This document shows, piece after piece, positions 20,142 through 30,338 of a DNA stretch of 64,000 nt; position 1 is the stretch's first letter, and each line of letters opens with the position of its first letter. The notes below the pieces were generated by a model. It was not told the origin of the DNA. It saw only the letters and a list, made by a program, of their open reading frames with translations, and searched no databases. Source of the DNA: an uncultured candidate division Zixibacteria bacterium (GTDB taxonomy: Bacteria > Zixibacteria > MSB-5A5 > GN15 > FEB-12); NCBI GenBank assembly GCA_963664195.1, contig OY760907.1, forward strand, positions 2,144,001 to 2,208,000, written 5' to 3'. Both the position numbers and the translations under genes were made by a program.

Positions 20142-21798
20142 GCTGTTCGGCGGCTGAGGCTGTCTGCTCTGAGCTGACACTGGTCTCGCGGCTCACCGCG
20201 GTCGCCTGTTCGATGCTTCGGGCGATTTCCTCGATGGCGGTTGTCTGCTCTGTCGAGGCACTTGCTATTTGCTGAATCATGTCCATGACGCGAGCAGACA
20301 GATCGACAATTTCCGAAAGGCTGTGGCCGGCTTTGTCAGACAGCTCTCGCCCGTGGTCAACCTCCGTCATGCCGTTTTCCATGGCACTTACGGCGGCATC
20401 GGTCTCCGATTGAATGCCCTTGACGATATCAATGATGCCGCCGGTGGCTTTGGCGGTGCGATCTGCCAGTTTGCGGACTTCATCAGCTACGACCGCAAAC
20501 CCGCGGCCAGCCTCGCCAGCCCGCGCGGCTTCAATTGCCGCGTTGAGGGCCAACAAGTTAGTCTGATCGGCTATATCATCGATGACCTCAACTACTTCGC
20601 CGATTCTTCCCACCGAATCGGCCAGCCTGCCGGCCGACTCTGCCGAGCCGCGGACAACCTCTGCTATTCGCGACATGCCCTCGATAGACTCGCTGACGAC
20701 CTGTCCGCCCTGCGCGGCCGTCTCGGACGATTGCCTGGATGCATTTGACGCTTCCCCGGAGTTTTCAGCCGACTGGGCGATGTTACTGGTCATTTCCTCT
20801 ATGGCCGTAGACACTGTGCGCATCTGGTCTTCCTGATTACGTGCCCCACGGCTCATGGTCTCCGAGGAAGCAGATATCTGGGTTGAGGCTGATACCAATT
20901 CACGCGCGTTGTCATCAAGCTGACGAATCATTCCGGTAAGGTTGGCGGTCATGGTGGCAAAAGACTGACCGAGAACGTCTTTGTCGCTTCGGGGCGCCAC
21001 GGAAATCCTCAGGTCGCCCTCAGCAATCTTTTTCGAGGCTCCGGCGAAATCACGCAGGTAGTCCATAAAGCGCTGCACCGACTGCAGCAGTCGGCCTATC
21101 TCGTTTTTTGCACTCAGATCCAGCTTCTGCCCCACGTCTCCGTCGGCGGCTCGATCCAGAACCTTCTGGACGCCGTGGAGAGGCCTGAAGATAGAGCGGG
21201 AGAGGATTATCCAGATCCCGGCGATGAGCAGCAAACTGCCAAATGTAACAAGCAGGATTGTGCTCGAGGCGTTGGAACTCATCTCGTCCACAATCGCCTG
21301 GCGCGACTTCATGACCTTCATTCCGCCAAGGATGATTTCCTCGTCCGCATCGTGACAATCGGTGCAGCCGTCCTCGTTGTGGAAGACCCGGTAGCAGACT
21401 GCCATTTCTTCACCGTCGGTCGAGCAGTCAAAGGAAGTGTCCCTCCCCGATGCAAAAACTACGTCCCACATAGGGTCCTTCGATTCGGTGCCGATCAGAT
21501 CAGTCTTCGAAGATCTGGCAACGAGTTTTTCTCCGTCGATGATGGAAACCTCGTGGGCGATGCCCATCTGAGTCATTTCTTCAACAAGTGGCTGGATCTC
21601 CTCGTTTACTCCGTTGAGCATAATGAATTCAATGTTTTTGGAAACCGCCCAGCGAAGATTGCCGGTGCTGCTGTCGAAGAGTTCTGCGATAGAGTCTTCG
21701 GTCTGGAGGGTATTCCAGTACAGTGTACTGCCCATGACGATGAGCAGTGCTAAACCCAGAAACCCAACGGTTCGGACCTTGATTGATAAGTGTTTCAC
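20089..21798 (-). CDS. Methyl-accepting chemotaxis protein with periplasmic c-type heme motif
   Basis: Two TM helices, CTDCH, HAMP region, [37 protein letters not shown]. Confidence 0.95.
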   Translation of the reverse strand: MKHLSIKVRTVGFLGLALLIVMGSTLYWNTLQTEDSIAELFDSSTGNLRWAVSKNIEFIMLNGVNEEIQPLVEEMTQMGIAHEVSIIDGEKLVARSSKTDLIGTESKDPMWDVVFASGRDTSFDCSTDGEEMAVCYRVFHNEDGCTDCHDADEEIILGGMKVMKSRQAIVDEMSSNASSTILLVTFGSLLLIAGIWIILSRSIFRPLHGVQKVLDRAADGDVGQKLDLSAKNEIGRLLQSVQRFMDYLRDFAGASKKIAEGDLRISVAPRSDKDVLGQSFATMTANLTGMIRQLDDNARELVSASTQISASSETMSRGARNQEDQMRTVSTAIEEMTSNIAQSAENSGEASNASRQSSETAAQGGQVVSESIEGMSRIAEVVRGSAESAGRLADSVGRIGEVVEVIDDIADQTNLLALNAAIEAARAGEAGRGFAVVADEVRKLADRTAKATGGIIDIVKGIQSETDAAVSAMENGMTEVDHGRELSDKAGHSLSEIVDLSARVMDMIQQIASASTEQTTAIEEIARSIEQATAVSRETSVSSEQTASAAEQLSRQASSLQQMVDRFQI

Positions 21799-21847
21799 GT
21801 AAAAGATAGCCCCATGTAAATGTGCATGTCCCTAGCCCTAATAATGC

Positions 21848-21874
21848 TATTCGGCAGTAGTGTGGAATGGTTTA
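21848..21874 (-). promoter_or_regulatory. sigma28 (FliA/SigD)-type promoter of the MCP
   Basis: Minus strand TAAA-N15-GCCGAATA. Confidence 0.75.
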
Positions 21875-21962
21875 GTCGTGTATCGGACAGCTTTTTGCCG
21901 GAGCTGTCAGATCCCCAATTATGTGATTGCCCGGACGGACTAAGTCCCTATATTCCATAGCT

Positions 21963-23342
21963 ATGGACTTCTTTGAGCAGTCGGACCCGCTAAAGCCGAA
22001 GGTCGATGACGCTGCAATTACGCCACTGGCTGACAAAATGCGCCCTCGTTCGTTCGATGAGTTTGTCGGACAGCCGAAGGTTGTAGGCAAAAACACGCCT
22101 CTTCGCAAGGCCATTGAGGCCGACCGAGTTACCTCGATTATTCTCTGGGGCCCTCCGGGTACCGGAAAGACAACCCTTGCGCAGTTGATCGCCTACAGCA
22201 CCAGCGGCCAGTTTGTACCGTTTTCAGCTGTGACATCAGGTATCAAAGAGATCAAACTGCTGATATCCAAGGCGCGCGATTACTACCGGATGTCCGGGCG
22301 ACGGACGTATGTGTTTGTCGATGAAATCCATCGGTTCAACAAAGCCCAGCAGGATGCTTTTCTGCCGTGGGTGGAGCGTGGTGATATCGTCTTGATCGGC
22401 GCCACGACCGAGAACCCTTCGTTTGAGGTTAATTCGGCACTGCTCTCAAGAATGCGGGTCTATGTGCTTGAACGGCTTGCGCCTTCCGATGTGCTCGCGG
22501 TGCTCAAGCGCGCGCTTGGCGACGAAGAACGCGGCATTGCCGGGATGCACCATCAGTTCGAGGAAGACACACTGGAATTCATAGCGGCTGCGGCGGATGG
22601 TGACGCACGGCGGGGGCTGTCATTGCTTGAGTCAATCGCGGCGTATGTTGATGTGGGCACGCCGATTACGGTTGAGTTGGCGTGCGACGTTCACCAGAAA
22701 GGCGTGCTGCACTACGACAAGGCGGGCGAGGAGCATTACAACCTCATCTCGGCGTTGCACAAAACAATTCGCGGAGGCGACCCGGATGCGGCATTGTACT
22801 GGCTGGCCCGGATGCTCGATTCGGGCGAGGAGCCTCTGTATATTGTCAGGCGTCTGGTGCGGTTCGCTTCTGAAGATATAGGTTTGGCCGACCCGTTTGC
22901 GCTGACGATGGCGATCAGCGCGCGCGATGCGTTCCATTTCCTCGGTTCGCCGGAGGGTGAACTGGCTATCGCTCAGCTTGTGCTTTATCTCGCCTGTGCA
23001 CCGAAATCAAATGCCGCTTACATCGCCTTTGACAAGGCCAAAGCGGATGCCTCGCGTCTCGGCTCTCTGCCGGTGCCGTTGTGGTTGCGCAACGCCCCGA
23101 CTGACTTGATGAAAGACCTCGATTACGGTAAAGGCTACCAGTATGCGCACGATCATGAAGATGCCCTTACCGACCAACAGCATATGCCGGACGAACTGGT
23201 GAACCGTCAGTATTACGAGCCGAAAAACGCGGGGCGTGAAGCACGACACCTGGAATACCTCGCGAAGTTTCGGGAGTATCGACGGAAGGATTTGTCAGGA
23301 AGTGTTGAGTCATCCCGGGAGACGCCCGACAAGACAGACTAG
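21963..23342 (+). CDS. rarA: Replication-associated recombination protein A
   Basis: [47 protein letters not shown]. Confidence 0.95.
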   Translation: MDFFEQSDPLKPKVDDAAITPLADKMRPRSFDEFVGQPKVVGKNTPLRKAIEADRVTSIILWGPPGTGKTTLAQLIAYSTSGQFVPFSAVTSGIKEIKLLISKARDYYRMSGRRTYVFVDEIHRFNKAQQDAFLPWVERGDIVLIGATTENPSFEVNSALLSRMRVYVLERLAPSDVLAVLKRALGDEERGIAGMHHQFEEDTLEFIAAAADGDARRGLSLLESIAAYVDVGTPITVELACDVHQKGVLHYDKAGEEHYNLISALHKTIRGGDPDAALYWLARMLDSGEEPLYIVRRLVRFASEDIGLADPFALTMAISARDAFHFLGSPEGELAIAQLVLYLACAPKSNAAYIAFDKAKADASRLGSLPVPLWLRNAPTDLMKDLDYGKGYQYAHDHEDALTDQQHMPDELVNRQYYEPKNAGREARHLEYLAKFREYRRKDLSGSVESSRETPDKTD

Positions 23343-23400
23343 TGGCGACTGTGAGATAGTATCGAACCTGTGTTCCTGTTGTCGGTTTAAGAAAGTACTT

Positions 23401-24660
23401 ATGACCAGATTTCTGATAATTGCGATTTTTGTTCTGTTGCCGATGCAGCTTTTTGCGGCGGGTCTGCTCATCCCCATGGATGAATCCCAGACCGATCACC
23501 TCAAAGCGTACGGTCTTGTTTATAAGGCGCTTGAGCAGGGCAAGCAGGCTGAATGGTTGCTGAACTACCGGGCAGGTTCATTCCTGATCGAGCAGTCTCC
23601 GGAGATGGTGAATCTTGCGCTGGTCATGGGGGTCACCTGCGAGCAGGTGTCATCGGGGCAAATTGCAGACATCTACCGGATTATTGAAGTTGAGAACATG
23701 GAGAGGGTGGAGCTTGAAAAAGCGCCCCACATTGCTGTGTACTCCCCCCCTTCCGCGCAGCCCTGGGACGACGCCGTGACGCTGGTTCTGAGCTATGCCG
23801 AGATTCCTTACGAGGTTGTCTGGGACGAGGAGGTCCTCACCGGTGATCTGGAAGAATTTGACTGGCTGCATTGCCACCACGAAGATTTCACCGGGCAGTA
23901 CGGCAAGTTCTACGCTGCGTTCAGGCATGAGCTTTGGTATCAGGCTGATGTCCGCACCAACGAGGAAATGGCGCAGAAACTCGGGTACGCCAAAGTCTCG
24001 GAGATGAAGCGGGACGTGGCGATGACGATCTACGATTATGTCCGAAGGGGCGGTTTTTTCTTCACCATGTGTTCGGCACCTGAGACGATAGATATTGCGC
24101 TGGCCGCGCAGAATGTTGACATCGTGCCGCGTGAGTTCGACGGTGACCCGGTTGATCCGGGAGCGTTGAGCAAGCTTGACTATACGAAGACTTTTGCTTT
24201 TGAGAATTTCGAGCCGTCGCTTGATCCGTTCCTCTACCGACGTTCAAACATTGACACCTATCCCGACCGTCTGGCTCGTTTTGCCGGTCAGGAGCAGGAC
24301 TACTTCTATTTGTTTGAGTTTTCCGCCAAGCTTGATCCCATACCGACTATGCTCGTGCAGGATCACACCAGCACGGTCAACGGATTCATGGGGCAGGTTA
24401 CGGGATTCCGCAAGTCAATGCTCAAGAAACACGTCACGGTACTCGGTCAGCCGGACAACTACGATGAAGTCCGGTATATCCACGGCAATCTCGGTCGAGG
24501 GACATTCACGTTTCTTGCCGGACACGATCCTGAAGATTATCGCCACATGGTTCACGACCCGCCGACAGACCTGAGCCTCCACAAGCACTCGCCCGGATAC
24601 CGTTTGCTTCTGAACAACGTGCTTTTCCCGGCCGCCAAGAAAAAAGAACGCAAGACCTGA
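23401..24660 (+). CDS. Secreted uncharacterised protein (resembles a Bacteroidota family often labelled 'asparagine synthetase B')
   Basis: Signal peptide; LIPMDESQTDHLKAYG, QPWDDAVTLVL, HHEDFTGQYGKF, GHDPEDY, LNNVLFPAA. Confidence 0.75.
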   Translation: MTRFLIIAIFVLLPMQLFAAGLLIPMDESQTDHLKAYGLVYKALEQGKQAEWLLNYRAGSFLIEQSPEMVNLALVMGVTCEQVSSGQIADIYRIIEVENMERVELEKAPHIAVYSPPSAQPWDDAVTLVLSYAEIPYEVVWDEEVLTGDLEEFDWLHCHHEDFTGQYGKFYAAFRHELWYQADVRTNEEMAQKLGYAKVSEMKRDVAMTIYDYVRRGGFFFTMCSAPETIDIALAAQNVDIVPREFDGDPVDPGALSKLDYTKTFAFENFEPSLDPFLYRRSNIDTYPDRLARFAGQEQDYFYLFEFSAKLDPIPTMLVQDHTSTVNGFMGQVTGFRKSMLKKHVTVLGQPDNYDEVRYIHGNLGRGTFTFLAGHDPEDYRHMVHDPPTDLSLHKHSPGYRLLLNNVLFPAAKKKERKT

Positions 24661-24697
24661 GTCTGGAGGTCAGTCGGCCCTGCTGATCTTCAGAGAC

Positions 24698-25261
24698 CTA
24701 CATCATCGTATGCTCGACCAGAATCTTCGCCCCGATGAAGATCAACACCGCTGCGCCGACAAACCCCATTTTCTTGCCGAACTTGATTCCAAGCCGTCGA
24801 CCGAATACCATTCCCACGATAGTCATCCCCGAGGCTACTACACCTATGATCACGCTCGCCCAGAGTATGTCGACATTGAGCAGCGCCATGCTGAGCCCGA
24901 CTGCGAGAGCGTCGATACTGGTTGCAATCGACAGCAGGATGAGCGTCCACTTGCGCGTGGGGTCTTTTAGAGGTGCACTATCATCGTCTTTCGACAATGA
25001 CTCGCGGATCATGTTGATGCCAATGAACAGCAACAGCCCAAATGCAATCCAATGGTCGTAGTCTCTAATCAGGTGCTCGATCCGTGAGCCGCCATACCAA
25101 CCGATAATCGGCATCAGGAACTGAAACAGACCGAAATGGAATGAGAGCCGGAAAGTCGGACGAAAGGTTAGCCGTTCAAGACGCGATCCGGTGGCTATTG
25201 CCACTGCGAAAGCGTCCATTCCAAGTCCCACGGCGATTCCAAGAAGGGTGAGAAGGCCCAT
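24698..25261 (-). CDS. mntP: Manganese efflux pump MntP family
   Basis: GMDAFAVA, FGLFQFLMP, ATSIDALAVG; start ATG 25261. Confidence 0.9.
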   Translation of the reverse strand: MGLLTLLGIAVGLGMDAFAVAIATGSRLERLTFRPTFRLSFHFGLFQFLMPIIGWYGGSRIEHLIRDYDHWIAFGLLLFIGINMIRESLSKDDDSAPLKDPTRKWTLILLSIATSIDALAVGLSMALLNVDILWASVIIGVVASGMTIVGMVFGRRLGIKFGKKMGFVGAAVLIFIGAKILVEHTMM

Positions 25262-25267
25262 ATCTTG

Positions 25268-25354
25268 AATATACGATTGTTTTCGAAGACTGCAATCGGC
25301 AGGTTCATCGCACACCTGATTCTTTTTGACTTCACAGGTACACACGCGTACCAT
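25268..25354. promoter_or_regulatory. Back-to-back sigma70-type promoters for mntP (-) and ruvX (+)
   Basis: Minus TTGCAG-N16-TATATT (25295-25268); plus TTGACT-N17-TACCAT (25326-25354); each -10 ends 6 nt before an ATG. Confidence 0.65.
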
Positions 25355-25360
25355 AGCCTC

Positions 25361-25789
25361 ATGAACGCCCTGCCGGACAAGACAATTCTTGCAATAGACT
25401 ACGGCCGTCGACGGATCGGTCTGGCCAAGACCGACCCGATGGGCATTATCGCCTCCGCGCTGGAAACTCTGGAGGTGAAGTCCGTGGATGACGGCATCGA
25501 CAAACTGAAGGCCGTTCTGGAAGAGTACGAACCGTCAACTGTGGTAGTCGGATATCCTCTTCACTCGTCGGGTGACAAGAGCGAGATGTGTGAGGAAGTC
25601 GATTCCTTTCTCGAAAAGCTGAAACCGTTTTACGACGGTCCGGTACACAAGATAGACGAGCACGGTTCTTCGATGGAAGCCAAAGGCCTGATACACGCTC
25701 ACGGGAAAAAGGTGGGCAAAAAGAAAAAGCGTGTGGACCGTCTGGCGGCGGTAGTGATCCTCCAGAGGTATCTGGATGAAATCGGGTGA
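25361..25789 (+). CDS. ruvX: YqgF/RuvX pre-16S rRNA nuclease
   Basis: ILAIDYGRRRIGLA, VVGYP, IDE, VDRLAAVVILQRYLD. Confidence 0.92.
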   Translation: MNALPDKTILAIDYGRRRIGLAKTDPMGIIASALETLEVKSVDDGIDKLKAVLEEYEPSTVVVGYPLHSSGDKSEMCEEVDSFLEKLKPFYDGPVHKIDEHGSSMEAKGLIHAHGKKVGKKKKRVDRLAAVVILQRYLDEIG

Positions 25790-25928
25790 TGGCAGGATGC
25801 GGCCCGGTTTATGGGAACACGTCTGGTACGCGGCTGCCACATTGCCGCTGTTACTGGTGGGGCTTGTCTTCAAAGTGGTCGATATAGTATGCGGAGTGTT
25901 TAGACGAGGAGAAAGTAGCACGGATTGA
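25776..25928 (+). CDS. Putative 50-aa single-pass membrane protein
   Basis: MKSGDGRMRPGLWEHVWYAAATLPLLLVGLVFKVVDIVCGVFRRGESSTD; AGAGGT upstream; TGATG overlap with the mltG start. Confidence 0.6.
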   Translation: MKSGDGRMRPGLWEHVWYAAATLPLLLVGLVFKVVDIVCGVFRRGESSTD

Positions 25929-26917
25929 TGAAGAATATTCTGATCATACTGGCCCTGGTGATATTCGTATTTCTCGGATTCTTTGGCGTCTCATATATCA
26001 AGTCGGTCAATCTTGGTGACCGCACGGTTTCCGTTATCATCGAACCGGGTGAGGGATTCAGCAGCGTTGCTGATCAGCTTATTGAATCCGGCGTAGTCAA
26101 CTCTCGTGTGATGTTGAAATACCCGGCTCGCTGGCGCGGTGTGGATCGTAAACTGGTACCGGGCCGTTACGATTTTACCGGCACGAATTCGTGTCGCTCC
26201 GTGCTCGATAAGCTCGAGAACGGTGATTTTCTCGTCATCAAAGTCACTATCTACGAGGGGGCGCCGATCTGGAAAGTCGCTTCGACTTTGGCTGCCCGTA
26301 TGGAGATTGACTCAGCGGAAGTCATCGCGCGCAACACCGACTCTGCATATTTGGCTCAGTTCGATCTGCCGTGTCTCGAAGGATATCTTTATCCCGAGAC
26401 TTACTTCTGGCCCTGGGGGACCGATCTGGACATCATCCTCAAAGACATGATAAAGATGCATCAGAAGCAGACGGCGGACATTTGGTCTGAGCATGTTGTG
26501 AACGGCCTGTCCAAGGAAGAGATCGTCGTCATGGCCTCGATTATTGAAGCCGAGGCGCTGCTCGACGACGAGAAGCCTCGGATATCCTCGGTGTATCAGA
26601 ATCGGATTCGCAAAGGGATGAAACTGGATGCTGACCCGACGGTGATTTACGGTTTGGGCGGATTGGACCGTCCGTTGAACAGACAGGACCTGCGCAAGAT
26701 GACGCCGTACAATACATATCGAAAGAAAGGACTGCCGCCGACGGCAATCAACTCGCCCGGCCTTGCGGCAATCAAGGCGGCGCTGAATCCTGAGGCTACT
26801 GAATATCTGTATTTTGTTGCAGACGGTACCGGTCGTCACCGGTTTTCGAAATCGAATGCCGAGCACAATCGTGCCCGCCGGGCTATCAAACAGGAGATGA
26901 AAGCGCGCGGTCAGTGA
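25928..26917 (+). CDS. mltG: Endolytic transglycosylase MltG
   Basis: N-terminal TM, LEGYLYPETY, ASIIEAE, ADPTVIY, PYNTY, GLPPTAINSPG. Confidence 0.95.
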   Translation: MKNILIILALVIFVFLGFFGVSYIKSVNLGDRTVSVIIEPGEGFSSVADQLIESGVVNSRVMLKYPARWRGVDRKLVPGRYDFTGTNSCRSVLDKLENGDFLVIKVTIYEGAPIWKVASTLAARMEIDSAEVIARNTDSAYLAQFDLPCLEGYLYPETYFWPWGTDLDIILKDMIKMHQKQTADIWSEHVVNGLSKEEIVVMASIIEAEALLDDEKPRISSVYQNRIRKGMKLDADPTVIYGLGGLDRPLNRQDLRKMTPYNTYRKKGLPPTAINSPGLAAIKAALNPEATEYLYFVADGTGRHRFSKSNAEHNRARRAIKQEMKARGQ

Positions 26918-26923
26918 AAGAGC

Positions 26924-27481
26924 TCATTGCCGGACTTCCACTTTCCGGCACTGATACTTCGCTATGGCCTCACCGAACCGGTCAATGGCCGGATCGAGCA
27001 AGCCTTCATCAAATGTCGCAAAAGCGTCAGGGTTCTCAGAACTGTATCCCAGCATCGCGACCACTCTGCCTTCGAATTTCAGCGGCCTGAGCATGAACGC
27101 CTCGGTGTCGTCGTCGAGCAACAGGCGCTTTTCGATCAGGTTGCCGTCGTACAGTTCCGCGAAATTATCCGCGTACATCTGTCCGTGCTCTGCCACTTTG
27201 TGAAAGAGCGAGGTGTTCAACGGCAGGCGCAGCGAGAGGTTCTTGCGAACATTGCCCCGGCTGAACGTTGCCACGGCCAGAAATCGGGCCTGGTCCCCTT
27301 CCATGAGAGCCAGCATGCCCTTGTTGATGTCGTAGACCTGTTCGAGTGATTTGGTGAACTCGGAAAATATGTCTCTCGGGTCAGAGTGACTACTGAGAAT
27401 CAAGTCGAGTTCTTCCACCAATCGATTGACTCGTCTGGCGGCTTCCATTCCGTAACTGCTTTGTCCCTCGTCCCAGTTCAT
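26924..27481 (-). CDS. Stand-alone GAF-like domain protein
   Basis: GAF-like pattern (SLFHKVAEHGQMY...MLRPLKFEGRVVAMLGYSS); co-oriented with the NtrC gene. Confidence 0.6.
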   Translation of the reverse strand: MNWDEGQSSYGMEAARRVNRLVEELDLILSSHSDPRDIFSEFTKSLEQVYDINKGMLALMEGDQARFLAVATFSRGNVRKNLSLRLPLNTSLFHKVAEHGQMYADNFAELYDGNLIEKRLLLDDDTEAFMLRPLKFEGRVVAMLGYSSENPDAFATFDEGLLDPAIDRFGEAIAKYQCRKVEVRQ

Positions 27482-27500
27482 GGGTGCCCCGCTTGTTGAT

Positions 27501-28907
27501 CTACTCCAGGACCATTTCCTGTTTGAGATCGTATTTTTTTATTTTCCGCCATAGGGTTGTTCTTCCGATCCCCAACTCCGCCGCTGTTTTGGTGTAGTTC
27601 CATTTGTTGTCATTTAGAGCCGTCACAATCAGCGACCGCTGATTATCATCGAGCAGATGACCCTTGAGTTGCAGACTCATCTTCACTCTCGGCTCGGTCG
27701 GTTTGACAGCCCGGTCGTCTTTAGCGATGAATATGATATCATCCGGCCCCAATCGATCGGTCATGCATAACGCCGCACCGCGCTTGAGAGTATTTTCCAA
27801 TTCGCGAACATTGCCCGGCCAGGAATGCCCCAGCAGCATATCAACCGCCCGGCGACTGATAGTCAGGGTTTCACGTTTCAATTCCATCGAGATTTTCCGG
27901 AGGAAGTACTCGGTCAGTATTTCTATGTCCTCAATCCGGTCAGTCAGCGACGGAAGGTCCAGCGGGATTACGTTCAAACGGTAGTAGACGTCTTCACGGA
28001 AATCACCCTTGCGAACCATCTCGCCCAGATCACGGTTGGTAGCCGCTACGATTCTGACGTTGACCTTCTTCGAAATCGAAGAGCCGACCTGACGGATGAC
28101 CGAATCCTGAAGGAAACGCAGGAGTTTGACCTGAATCGAGGCCGGAATATTGCTGACTTCATCGAGGAAGATCGTACCGCCATCTGCCTCTTCCAGTAGA
28201 CCAAGCTTATTGCTTGAGGCCGACGTGAATGAGCCTTTGGTATGGCCGAACAGTTCAGATTCGAGGAGGGCTTCCGGGATCGCCGAGCAGTCGATGGCGA
28301 CGAACGGTCCGCCCCTCCTGTTGGAGTGGTGATGGATCGCCCGTGCAAACAGTTCTTTGCCGGTACCGGAGTTGCCGGTAATCAGCACGGTGATATCGGT
28401 CGGCGAAATCCTTCTTGCCGTTTCTTTGACGGTGGATATCGCTTTGGATATGCCAACGATATTATCAAAGCCGTAGGACATAGCGACATGCTGACGGAGC
28501 GCAAAAATCTCCTTCTTCATTGTGCGCCGTTCCAGGGCTTTTCTTACTCTCAGCAGTATCTCGTTGTTGGAGAAGGGCTTGGTGATGTAATCACACGCTC
28601 CTGCCTGCATGGCCTCGACAGAGCTTTCGATTGACCCGTAGGCGGTCAGCAGGATGGACTCAGTGTCGGGATGCTGTTGTTCGACACGTTTGATCAGATC
28701 AATGCCGTTCTCGTTGCCTATCCTCAGATCGACTATGGCCAGGTCAATACTCTTCTCCGAGAGAATTTTGGAGGCCAACTGTGTGCTGTCGCACTCGTGG
28801 ACGGTATATCCGGCGTTGCTCAGCAGCAATCCCAGCGTCTTGCGGATGGCAGCTTCGTCGTCGACTATTACTATTGACGCGGAGGTGTCTGGCGACTTAC
28901 TCGTCAT
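27501..28907 (-). CDS. NtrC-family response regulator (REC-AAA+-Fis HTH)
   Basis: IVDDE, VDLR, KPF; GNSGTGKE, ESELFGH, FLDEV, YYRLNV, WPGNVRELEN, LGIGRTTLWRK. Confidence 0.95.
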   Translation of the reverse strand: MTSKSPDTSASIVIVDDEAAIRKTLGLLLSNAGYTVHECDSTQLASKILSEKSIDLAIVDLRIGNENGIDLIKRVEQQHPDTESILLTAYGSIESSVEAMQAGACDYITKPFSNNEILLRVRKALERRTMKKEIFALRQHVAMSYGFDNIVGISKAISTVKETARRISPTDITVLITGNSGTGKELFARAIHHHSNRRGGPFVAIDCSAIPEALLESELFGHTKGSFTSASSNKLGLLEEADGGTIFLDEVSNIPASIQVKLLRFLQDSVIRQVGSSISKKVNVRIVAATNRDLGEMVRKGDFREDVYYRLNVIPLDLPSLTDRIEDIEILTEYFLRKISMELKRETLTISRRAVDMLLGHSWPGNVRELENTLKRGAALCMTDRLGPDDIIFIAKDDRAVKPTEPRVKMSLQLKGHLLDDNQRSLIVTALNDNKWNYTKTAAELGIGRTTLWRKIKKYDLKQEMVLE

Positions 28908-28909
28908 GT

Positions 28910-30328
28910 CTAGTTTTCCCGTTTCGTGTCTTGATGCCCGTTGACCGGGATCCTGATTGTCGTTCTGAGGCTTTTGACCATTGGGGGGGCCTCCTGGTGC
29001 ATTGATACACCAAGCTGTCCGGCAAGATTTCTGGCATACTTACGCCAGTTCTCATCGAACTCCTCTCTTTCATCGGCGCGCCCGGAACGGGTGGCGATTT
29101 GAATAATCGTGGCGGCAGAATCCTCGTCCAGCGTGACCATGGTCTGGCTAACCGTGTGCTGGTGACCGAGATGTGCCCTGAAGATAGCTTCCAGGAATAG
29201 TACCAGGCCAGACGGCATGGTTTCCAGCGAGCGTTGTGAGGAGGTCATTTCCACGTCTATTCTGGCCGTGTCGTGGAAGTGCTCGCGGGTCAATTCAATC
29301 GCCCGTTCGAGGTTTCTGGCAATGTGGGCCGGCCCTTTCGGGCGGGTTTCGTAGTTCAGCAGACAGTTGAGTCTCTCGAGATGGCGGTCAAGCTCTTCTG
29401 CCTCGGAGAGGATTAAGCCCGGCATACCGTTATCGGGCTGGTCGCCGGTTGCTTTTTGTTGAACACTGTCAAGGAAACTCGAAGCGGTCGTTATTGCGGC
29501 AATCTTGTTTCTCATGGCGTGAACCAGGAACTCTGTGGAACGGCACTGCTCGTCGTTTATTTTGTTGCTTCCGGTGGGAGGAATCAGCGTGGCGAGGCAG
29601 AGATGTAGTTCTCTTATGGCAAGATTCTTGAGCGTCCAGCCGTAGCCTGTCACCGCCCTGGCGATTTTGTCCGAGACCGCAGAGTACTCTGAATCAACCA
29701 ACTCCTGTTGGTCGATACGGCACAGATCGGAGAAACCGTCGCTTGCAGCAACTATTCTTCCAGAGGCCCTGTTGATAACCAGTGTTGGATTACTGGCATC
29801 CAATTGCGACAGGACGTTTACCGCCGCTTCCTCGGTATCGCTCCAGGCCTGCCGGAACTGACCGGCGATTTGGCCAAAATCATCTGTTTCTCCAGATCCG
29901 GCAAACCGATCCGGTCCAAGTATTCCGAGAATCAACTCCGGCTGGCCAGCCTTGCTGATACGGGCCGTGCTGACCTTGAAGTACTCGCCTCCGTTGCCGG
30001 CGGTCGGACGGTATCGCTGGGTGAAGATGGCATCGCCGCCTTCATTAAGAGAGGATTCAATCAACCCCATCGGAAACAGCTCGATACTCTCCGGATGGAG
30101 GTATTCGCGATCATGCACGAGGAATGCGATCGAATGCTCCGGAGTGAGCAAATCCATGAGGCCTTTTTCACTGTCGGTCAGTCGTGTACGGAAACGCAGC
30201 GCGAAGAGAAGGGATTCGATGGCGGCCTGAGCTTGGTTGGCTTCGAACCAGTTTCTGATGCGGGGCGGTGCTGTCGTGACGTGATCCGTGGTCAGTGGTG
30301 ATTCAGTGTGAAACTCTGTTACCTGCAC
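28910..30328 (-). CDS. PAS plus HisKA-like protein with degenerate ATPase domain
   Basis: AGGAG then GTG 30328; PAS-like PTLVINRASGRIVAAS; H-box-like LVHAMRNKIAAI; no recognisable N/G1/G2 boxes. Confidence 0.6.
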   Translation of the reverse strand: MQVTEFHTESPLTTDHVTTAPPRIRNWFEANQAQAAIESLLFALRFRTRLTDSEKGLMDLLTPEHSIAFLVHDREYLHPESIELFPMGLIESSLNEGGDAIFTQRYRPTAGNGGEYFKVSTARISKAGQPELILGILGPDRFAGSGETDDFGQIAGQFRQAWSDTEEAAVNVLSQLDASNPTLVINRASGRIVAASDGFSDLCRIDQQELVDSEYSAVSDKIARAVTGYGWTLKNLAIRELHLCLATLIPPTGSNKINDEQCRSTEFLVHAMRNKIAAITTASSFLDSVQQKATGDQPDNGMPGLILSEAEELDRHLERLNCLLNYETRPKGPAHIARNLERAIELTREHFHDTARIDVEMTSSQRSLETMPSGLVLFLEAIFRAHLGHQHTVSQTMVTLDEDSAATIIQIATRSGRADEREEFDENWRKYARNLAGQLGVSMHQEAPPMVKSLRTTIRIPVNGHQDTKREN

Positions 30329-30338
30329 CTGACTCTCC

